In this document: piece after piece, positions 50,546 through 56,666 of the stretch
Layout: every line of letters starts with the position of its first letter
How positions within the stretch are numbered: the stretch's first letter is position 1
NCBI GenBank assembly: GCA_038861545.1
Contig: JAWCCZ010000004.1
Location: 1-64,000, forward strand
Direction of reading: 5' to 3'
Length of the DNA stretch: 64,000 nucleotides
DNA from: Thermofilaceae archaeon
GTDB lineage: Archaea; Thermoproteota; Thermoprotei; Thermofilales; Thermofilaceae
Program-made: the position numbers and the translations under genes
Notes under the pieces: model-generated
What the model was told of the DNA's origin: nothing
Seen by the model: only the letters and a program-made list of their open reading frames with translations
Database searches by the model: none

Positions 50546-52033
50546 TTAGCTTTCCCATTCCACGACTTCTATTTTAACGTACATAGTTCCATAGGACGTA
50601 ATAAGAAGCCAACCCTCCTTAATCCCTTCAAGTAGCCTGTATGATGGTCCACCCTGTGCTTGTCCACAGGATCTAGGTATCCCGTTCTCTAAGCCAAACT
50701 CGCATTTGATATATTTATTATACTCTGGCGAGGAAAATGGGTCGTAGCCAGGCACGTTCCAAGCCTTCAAGGCTTCCCTATCAAACAACACCACTACGTA
50801 GCCTGTTCCGTACACGTTACCTGTGGGGAGGACGTAACGGCCACATGCAAGGGTATCCGCTACGTTTCTTATGACCATCATAATGTATGAGTCGGCTATC
50901 TTACTGGGCGTGGTCGTGAGGTTCGCATATACTCTAATTTTTCTCCAGCCTTCTGGTGGCTCGATAAAAACACTTACCCTACCGCCTTCAAGCTTTAGGA
51001 CTCCATTACCTAGATACTCATACTCACCGATGAACGGGACTATCATCCACCTATCCCCGGGGATAACCGGAGCTTTTACCATTGTTCCATTAGGTGTAAG
51101 TATTTCTGTGTATTTGATTGGATACACTAGCTTCGTGTAGACAACCACCTGCTCTAGTTCTAAATCTTCCATTGCGGTTACATGAAGCCTTGGACTTGGC
51201 CACTCGCCTTTATTCACGAGCCAGGAGACAAGGCAAACTAAGTGAGTTTCATTAAAAAACACACAACCCCTTCTATCAGATCCATACGGCTCAACCGATA
51301 TAGTAGCGTTTAGCTTTACACGGAGAGATGCATCTTGTGTGCATGGGATTCTACTCATGTTCCCATTTGTAGTTATAGTGATGTTCACCGGCACGAGAAC
51401 CCTCTTCAATGTAACTAAAACCTTCGCTTTAACGAAATTAAATAACTCTGTCTTGTTGTCTTCAACCAACACTAGTAAAGTACCCCAAGGCCACTCCCAG
51501 CCTTCAGGTGGCACAGGTTTAATCTGCAACACGCTACAGGCAGGAACTTCAACTTCCACGGGCAGTATAAACAGGGACTTGTTCACCATCAGCAAACTCC
51601 CTTTAACGTTAGACTTGAAAACAACCCTATACCTGGACTTTTCGAAAACTGCTTCAACAGTAGTATTACCCCTTACATAAAGCCGGAGTTCTGGCATTGT
51701 GTCGTAAATTGTACCATTCACCAACCACCACTTAAAAGCCCAGCACCTCCTTGGCTGAGCTCGAAATTCCAGTAAAAAAGGTTCTGTAGAGTTTACCAGT
51801 GTAATCTCGCTACCATTCACCAATACTTTACCTTCTCCCTCTGAAATTATAAAAACGAAAAATGGTCTCGATTGGGTTGACTTCTCAACATTTGAAATTT
51901 CAGAACTTTCCGAGAACCCTACAGATCCCTCCTCTCTTAACAAGAATATAGATATAGTTATTCCAATGATCACTACAACTGCTGCTAATGCTACTTTGAC
52001 ACTTTTTTCTAACTTAATGCGTTTATATTTCAT
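50546..52033 (-). CDS. membrane-anchored surface protein with InlB-B/Flg_new-like repeat domains
   Basis: ATG 52033 after GGGGAGGG; N-terminal TM; GEGKVLVNG...AQP...WAFKWWLVNG...GNTTVEAVF. Confidence 0.75.
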   Translation of the reverse strand: MKYKRIKLEKSVKVALAAVVVIIGITISIFLLREEGSVGFSESSEISNVEKSTQSRPFFVFIISEGEGKVLVNGSEITLVNSTEPFLLEFRAQPRRCWAFKWWLVNGTIYDTMPELRLYVRGNTTVEAVFEKSRYRVVFKSNVKGSLLMVNKSLFILPVEVEVPACSVLQIKPVPPEGWEWPWGTLLVLVEDNKTELFNFVKAKVLVTLKRVLVPVNITITTNGNMSRIPCTQDASLRVKLNATISVEPYGSDRRGCVFFNETHLVCLVSWLVNKGEWPSPRLHVTAMEDLELEQVVVYTKLVYPIKYTEILTPNGTMVKAPVIPGDRWMIVPFIGEYEYLGNGVLKLEGGRVSVFIEPPEGWRKIRVYANLTTTPSKIADSYIMMVIRNVADTLACGRYVLPTGNVYGTGYVVVLFDREALKAWNVPGYDPFSSPEYNKYIKCEFGLENGIPRSCGQAQGGPSYRLLEGIKEGWLLITSYGTMYVKIEVVEWES

Positions 52034-52150
52034 CCCTCCCCAGTAACATGGAATATAAGCCGGCATGTCTAAGACCCTTACATGCAATTAATAAAAATAA
52101 ATATCAGAGTTATATAAAAATTTTGGAACTAAGTGAACAATCCATATATA

Positions 52151-52165
52151 GAAAAACTTATAAAC
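52151..52165 (+). promoter_or_regulatory. BRE-TATA promoter of the major type IV pilin
   Basis: GAAAAACTTATAAAC ending ~21 nt before ATG 52186 (leaderless spacing). Confidence 0.65.
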
Positions 52166-52185
52166 TGGAATTTTAAAATTATTTT

Positions 52186-52605
52186 ATGACCAGAAGAAGT
52201 GGTGGAGTGCCAGGAATCGTGACGGTGATCATAACTATTGCATCAATAGCGGCAGCGGCGCTTGTTGCGTACTTCATGTATACTACAACTAGAAGTGCGA
52301 CTAGCCAACCGATAATAGAGGTAACCTCTGCTTACGCGAGCGGCTCTAATCTGGCTCTAACTATCAGGAACCTTGGATCCGTAGACGTTACGATTACAGA
52401 TGCTTCAATAGTCATTAGGGATATCAGTTGTGTGGCACAAAATGCAAATAAACAACTAGCTAAAGGAAGTAGTATAGTAGTATCTGCTTCTTGTAGCTCA
52501 TTAGCTTTAAGTGATGGTGACAGTGGTTACGTCACGTTGTCCGGAACCACACAAAATAATTTAGCTTTCAGCATAACTATAGGCTTCAGAGTAGTTGTAC
52601 CTTAG
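52186..52605 (+). CDS. archaeal type IV major pilin
   Basis: Basic leader MTRRSGG, hydrophobic helix VPGIVTVIITIASIAAAALVAYFM, LTIRNLGS motif, Ser/Thr-rich beta domain. Confidence 0.85.
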   Translation: MTRRSGGVPGIVTVIITIASIAAAALVAYFMYTTTRSATSQPIIEVTSAYASGSNLALTIRNLGSVDVTITDASIVIRDISCVAQNANKQLAKGSSIVVSASCSSLALSDGDSGYVTLSGTTQNNLAFSITIGFRVVVP

Positions 52606-52654
52606 CGTTGATTTAGCGTAATAAATTAATATAAGTAATTTCTTTTTTACCATA

Positions 52655-53872
52655 ATGAAATTAAATAAATGGATCCGATCCGAAGTTGATGCTATACCTT
52701 TAGCTCTTATAATGCTTTCTTCACCTCAACTACCTTTAACCACCTTAAGGGAGTTGAAAAAAGTTGGCTTTGATTACTTACCCGATCCTGAGGAACTCAT
52801 ATCCGGTTACGCTAAACTAAACTGGCTATCCGAGAGAATGAAGAAAATTCTAGATGGCGCTATTAAAGCTCAGCTTTCCGGTAATCGTAACTCTTTAGAG
52901 GAAAAACTAAAGGATATACTAGCTGAGCTTTCAACAACTCTTGAAACAACCGATCATAACATCTCTAACCTTTACAGCCTTGTTTCAACGTTTACGAGTA
53001 CAGTCCCAGTAACTATAGTAGCAACGCAAGCTCTGCTCGGTGGAGGTGGAACCGCAACTGCTCTAAGTATGGCATTCATTGGTTTAATTATTGCTATGCT
53101 AGTTGGCTTCTGGGCTTTCCCCTGGGAGTTCGGTATATCTACACCTAAGCTGCAGACTTACGCGTTGCTACTACTGATCATGCCTTCTTACCTTCTTTTT
53201 AACTGTTTCAGCATACCCAATCCCTTTCTGCTTTCTCTTGCACTTGGATCCGCGCCTAGCGCTGCTTTCCACCTGCACCACACATTAAGTGAACTCAAAA
53301 AAATGGATAAATCTAGGGAATTGATCCGCGTGGCGGCACGAGCTATAGGCAATCCTTACTTAGCACTCGCTAGAGAGAAACTTTTAAAGGATCCGGAAGA
53401 GCTGTTGAATCAGGAGTGGAAAGGCTTCAGCAAAGCTGCTACGCTGGGCCTATGGCAGGTTCTCTTGCATGGTGGTTACGAGAACCTGCAGAAGTTGGAT
53501 GATTATGTTTCTAAAGTACTAGAGTTCACTAAACGGCTACGCTCAAAGACTAGAATCTTCCTAGTGTATGCGATTATTGAAGCCGCGATAGTAGCAGCGA
53601 TTTACGCGGTGATCCTCGGCATTGAACCGCTGTTTACGGAAGGGGGAGAATGGATGATTAAAGCTGGGATCAGTATATTGGGTTTAAGAGAACTAAGAGA
53701 AAATATTGACCAGATACTTTCTCTAAATGCACTTACATTAGCGGTAGCCACTGCGAGTGCCCGCGAGGGAAGACCCCATTTGCTTACCATGTACCTCCCT
53801 CTAATCGCCGGTATTGTGTGGTTTTTCTGGCTTATCTCCTCTACGCTTACGCCATTGCTAGTGGGTGGTTAG
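52655..53872 (+). CDS. TadC/T2SS-F-like pilus platform membrane protein
   Basis: Two soluble helical segments, each followed by TM clusters; directly downstream of the pilin. Confidence 0.62.
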   Translation: MKLNKWIRSEVDAIPLALIMLSSPQLPLTTLRELKKVGFDYLPDPEELISGYAKLNWLSERMKKILDGAIKAQLSGNRNSLEEKLKDILAELSTTLETTDHNISNLYSLVSTFTSTVPVTIVATQALLGGGGTATALSMAFIGLIIAMLVGFWAFPWEFGISTPKLQTYALLLLIMPSYLLFNCFSIPNPFLLSLALGSAPSAAFHLHHTLSELKKMDKSRELIRVAARAIGNPYLALAREKLLKDPEELLNQEWKGFSKAATLGLWQVLLHGGYENLQKLDDYVSKVLEFTKRLRSKTRIFLVYAIIEAAIVAAIYAVILGIEPLFTEGGEWMIKAGISILGLRELRENIDQILSLNALTLAVATASAREGRPHLLTMYLPLIAGIVWFFWLISSTLTPLLVGG

Positions 53873-54235
53873 GTGAAAGTTGATGCCGTTGTAACAATTT
53901 TCACAGCTGTATTAGCAGTAACGTTAATTCTAACTGCTTATTCTAAATACAATTCACTACAAGTTGAGGCCTACAACTGTTATGGAATAGCTCAATATAT
54001 AGCTAAGCATATTGCAAGAAAACTGGTTGAAGGAGAATCTCTTAATCTTGCTTCTTTGAAGGGGTGGGAAGTCTACATTTACTATTCCAACGGTACTGTA
54101 TGCCACTACGCGCTTAACATAATCCTGTGTGAACATGTAAATAACTTTAAACCTCAAAGCAAGTATAGGTGTTACACGTACTTCCTCGCTAGCGATAACT
54201 CTCCACAGCCCGTACTAGTAGAGGTGAGGGGATGA
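53873..54235 (+). CDS. minor-pilin-like protein
   Basis: MKVDAVVTIFTAVLAVTLIL N-terminus, Cys-containing body; abuts the TadC-like stop. Confidence 0.6.
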   Translation: MKVDAVVTIFTAVLAVTLILTAYSKYNSLQVEAYNCYGIAQYIAKHIARKLVEGESLNLASLKGWEVYIYYSNGTVCHYALNIILCEHVNNFKPQSKYRCYTYFLASDNSPQPVLVEVRG

Positions 54236-54248
54236 ATGTACCCAGATT

Positions 54249-54284
54249 TGGGTCTTTAGACCCATTAATGGGTCTAAAGACCCA
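54249..54284. repeat. perfect 36-bp palindrome made of two 16-bp palindromes; candidate centromere/operator
   Basis: TGGGTCTTTAGACCCA-TTAA-TGGGTCTAAAGACCCA, intergenic, ending 46 nt before the wHTH start. Confidence 0.92.
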
Positions 54285-54330
54285 GCATTGATGCAAACCT
54301 TCATAAGCAAGTATAGGAAAAAGAGGGGAA

Positions 54331-54663
54331 ATGAGCGAGTGTGATCCAAGCTTAATTACACGTTCACTGCTTGAAGAGGGAATGTACCAGCACATTGCAG
54401 TTCTGGTTCTTCTTTATAGGGAGAAAAATAAAAATAAAGATGAAATCATGATGAGTGACCTAAGGTATTTGCTTGGGAGTGGAAAATATCTTGCAAGCAA
54501 TAGGTATGCCGAATCAATAGTTAAAGATTTAAAAAATTTAGGTTTATTAAACGAAAAAAAAGTTAAAAAATTTAGATTTTTAAGTTTGACAAGATGTGGT
54601 GAGGAGGTTTCTAAACTATTAAATAATTTGATAGAGGATGTTGAACGATCTTCAAACCCTTAA
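54331..54663 (+). CDS. winged-HTH DNA-binding protein (AspA/PadR/MarR-like)
   Basis: IVKDLKNLGLL...FLSLTRCGEEV wing; lies between the palindrome and parB. Confidence 0.8.
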   Translation: MSECDPSLITRSLLEEGMYQHIAVLVLLYREKNKNKDEIMMSDLRYLLGSGKYLASNRYAESIVKDLKNLGLLNEKKVKKFRFLSLTRCGEEVSKLLNNLIEDVERSSNP

Positions 54664-54702
54664 GGGGAAAGTTTTAATAAGTTCGTTATGTATTTAATAC
54701 TC

Positions 54703-55608
54703 ATGGAACAGGTAACCTTTATACCTTTAGATAAGTTAGTGCCTTCATCAGTTAACGTGCGAGTATATGTTGACCAGCTAAGGGTCCGTGATTTAGCAGA
54801 GAATATCTCGGTAAATGGACTCCTCCACCCTTTGGTAGTGAGGCCAGAGGGGAAAGTTTACGGGATAATCTGCGGGCGGATGAGGTTCGAGGCAATAAAG
54901 TTGCTGCATGAAGAAAGCCCTGAAATCTTTACGAAACTATTCTCAAACGGGGTTCCATGTTTTGTTAAAGAGCTTTCTGATAGAGAAGCTGTCGAATTAT
55001 CTCTCAGTGAAAACCTGCGTCAGAACAATCTAACACCTGAGGAAGTTGGTAGAGCAGTAGCCAGACTTTACGAGCAAGGGCTTGAGGAGGAAGATATTAG
55101 AAGGAGAGTGCAGCTACCTTTAGAGGATATTAAGAGATTTGTGAGGCTCTATGCGAGGCTTCGAGAAATTACGCCATTCACTGCAGAATCGAGGCCCGGT
55201 AGACCTTCACCGAGGAGACGTAGGGTAAGCAGAACCGGTATGGAGAAAGTTGTCCGTGTAGTGGAAAACCTGGAAAGACAAGGATTGGTGGAGAAGCCGG
55301 AGGAGGTTACCAGGAAACTTGCTGAAATAGCTTCTGAAAAAAAGCTGAGTACAAGTGAACTTGAGATACTGGCGCATAAGCTGCGCGAAAAGCCAGAGCT
55401 AGTGAGAAAACCGGAAGAACTGAGCAGATTAGCGGACGAGATAGCTGGTGAAGAGATGGTTGAGCGAATAGTATTGCTGAGGAGAAAGGTGATAGACGAT
55501 GTTAGCGAGTATGCAAAACTTAAAGGATTAACTTTCAACGAAGCGGTTAACGAGCTTCTCGAACGCGCTTTATCCCGAATACGCCATGAGCAGTTTAGCG
55601 TTCACTAA
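54703..55608 (+). CDS. ParB/Srx-domain protein with C-terminal RHH-like segment
   Basis: LAENISVNGLLHPLVVR, ICGRMRFEA, SLSENLRQNNLTPEE; ATG 54703 fits the TTTTAATA box at 54672-54679. Confidence 0.9.
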   Translation: MEQVTFIPLDKLVPSSVNVRVYVDQLRVRDLAENISVNGLLHPLVVRPEGKVYGIICGRMRFEAIKLLHEESPEIFTKLFSNGVPCFVKELSDREAVELSLSENLRQNNLTPEEVGRAVARLYEQGLEEEDIRRRVQLPLEDIKRFVRLYARLREITPFTAESRPGRPSPRRRRVSRTGMEKVVRVVENLERQGLVEKPEEVTRKLAEIASEKKLSTSELEILAHKLREKPELVRKPEELSRLADEIAGEEMVERIVLLRRKVIDDVSEYAKLKGLTFNEAVNELLERALSRIRHEQFSVH

Positions 55609-55613
55609 ACTGC

Positions 55614-56450
55614 GTGGTTTTCTTGGCCAAAGGTGTCGAGTTTCTATTAGAATTGCTAGACAATGGAAGGCAGCTCACAATAATAGGATTACCGGGAGCC
55701 GAGCGAGCTGCTTTCTTATCTTCGATTATTCAAGCAGCATTTAGCGGTAAGTATGACATATTAGTGCTTGACTGGTACGGCAACCTTGCTGGATTAAACC
55801 TCCCCTCAGCAGGCTTCGCTCTACCCTACACCGCTATCCGCCCATACATCCATCGTGCTCTTTCAACGCCACCAGATCTGCGATCAAGCTCTGCAACTTT
55901 GGAGGCTGTAATAACTGAATGCGTCTCTGAAGCGACAAATTTGCAGCAAGCACTTTCAAGCCTATTAACTAAAAGTAGTGTAAACCCTGCGTCAAAGCTT
56001 GCATATTTAAGATTCCAGAGCATTTTGGCATACATTTCAGATATTGAAAACATGCAAACACATGCTTACGTTGATCTATCAAAAATACCTATTTTGGTTA
56101 GAGGCGTGATGCTACAGCTGTGGATAGCCTTCGCTCATCACCTTCTCTTAAGCAACCGACCGCTTAAGAAACAACTACTCGTGGTTGAGGAGGTGGGACG
56201 GGCACTTAGAAAAAGTGTATGGGTATGGGACTTAATCGATGAGATGACAGTGCGTGGAGTACGTTTAATATTAACTGACCAATACGTCAGAAGATCGTAC
56301 CTTAACTCTGTACTGGTGATTGTAAACATGAGCAACGAGACCCTTTACTCTACTATGCGATTTAGGATCCAGCTACCCATGATACCTAAGAGAACTGGTG
56401 AAGCAGTAGTAGTCGATGGAGCGGAACATTACACCGTACACTTCAGTTAG
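55614..56450 (+). CDS. degenerate (Walker A-dead) HerA/VirB4-like ATPase
   Basis: TIIGLPGAERAAF, LVLDWYG, YVDLSKI, LLVVEEV, RGVRLILTDQ, GEAVV. Confidence 0.72.
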   Translation: MVFLAKGVEFLLELLDNGRQLTIIGLPGAERAAFLSSIIQAAFSGKYDILVLDWYGNLAGLNLPSAGFALPYTAIRPYIHRALSTPPDLRSSSATLEAVITECVSEATNLQQALSSLLTKSSVNPASKLAYLRFQSILAYISDIENMQTHAYVDLSKIPILVRGVMLQLWIAFAHHLLLSNRPLKKQLLVVEEVGRALRKSVWVWDLIDEMTVRGVRLILTDQYVRRSYLNSVLVIVNMSNETLYSTMRFRIQLPMIPKRTGEAVVVDGAEHYTVHFS

Positions 56451-56459
56451 CAAATTATA

Positions 56460-56535
56460 TGGCGGGCCCGCCGGGATTCGAACCCGGGATCTCCGGCTTA
56501 GGAGGCCGACGCCTTTCCAGCTAGGCCACGGGCCC
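56460..56535 (-). tRNA. tRNA-Arg(CCT), intronless, CCA encoded
   Basis: GGGCCCG acceptor stem, anticodon arm TCGGC-CTCCTAA-GCCGG, T-arm CCGGG-TTCGAAT-CCCGG, ends GCCA; 76 nt. Confidence 0.98.
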
Positions 56536-56538
56536 ACT

Positions 56539-56587
56539 ACCCTCAGTTAATGATGCGGCAAAGCACCGCACCGATCTTCATAGGGTC
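56539..56587 (-). ncRNA. K-turn (box C/D-like) RNA immediately 5' of tRNA-Arg
   Basis: ACCC-T-ATGAAGA...CTGA-GGGT with internal hairpin GTGCGGTG-CTT-TGCCGCAT; CTTAAAA box ~22-28 nt upstream. Confidence 0.6.
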
Positions 56588-56666
56588 AAACCTTTAGATA
56601 AGAGAGAGTTTTAAGCGTTACCTTAGCGTAACTCATTTTTGAGTAGAACTTCCAAGGCATGCTAGT

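Larger units (their letters stand above)
34344..56450. mobile_element. tRNA-flanked island encoding Ced/Ted-like DNA transfer, type IV pilus and partition-like modules; possibly a domesticated conjugative element
   Basis: Gene content, visibly AT-richer sequence, abuts the 3' end of tRNA-Arg; no integrase or att repeat seen, so mobility is not shown. Confidence 0.45.

Noticed and set aside
54249-54284. Mini-CRISPR or terminator interpretation of the palindrome
   Set aside because: The units are separated by only 4 bp, with no spacers or cas genes and no following T-tract.
34344-56450. Provirus or archaellum interpretation of the island
   Set aside because: No capsid, integrase or packaging context; no FlaH/FlaI/FlaJ arrangement or archaellin-length subunits.
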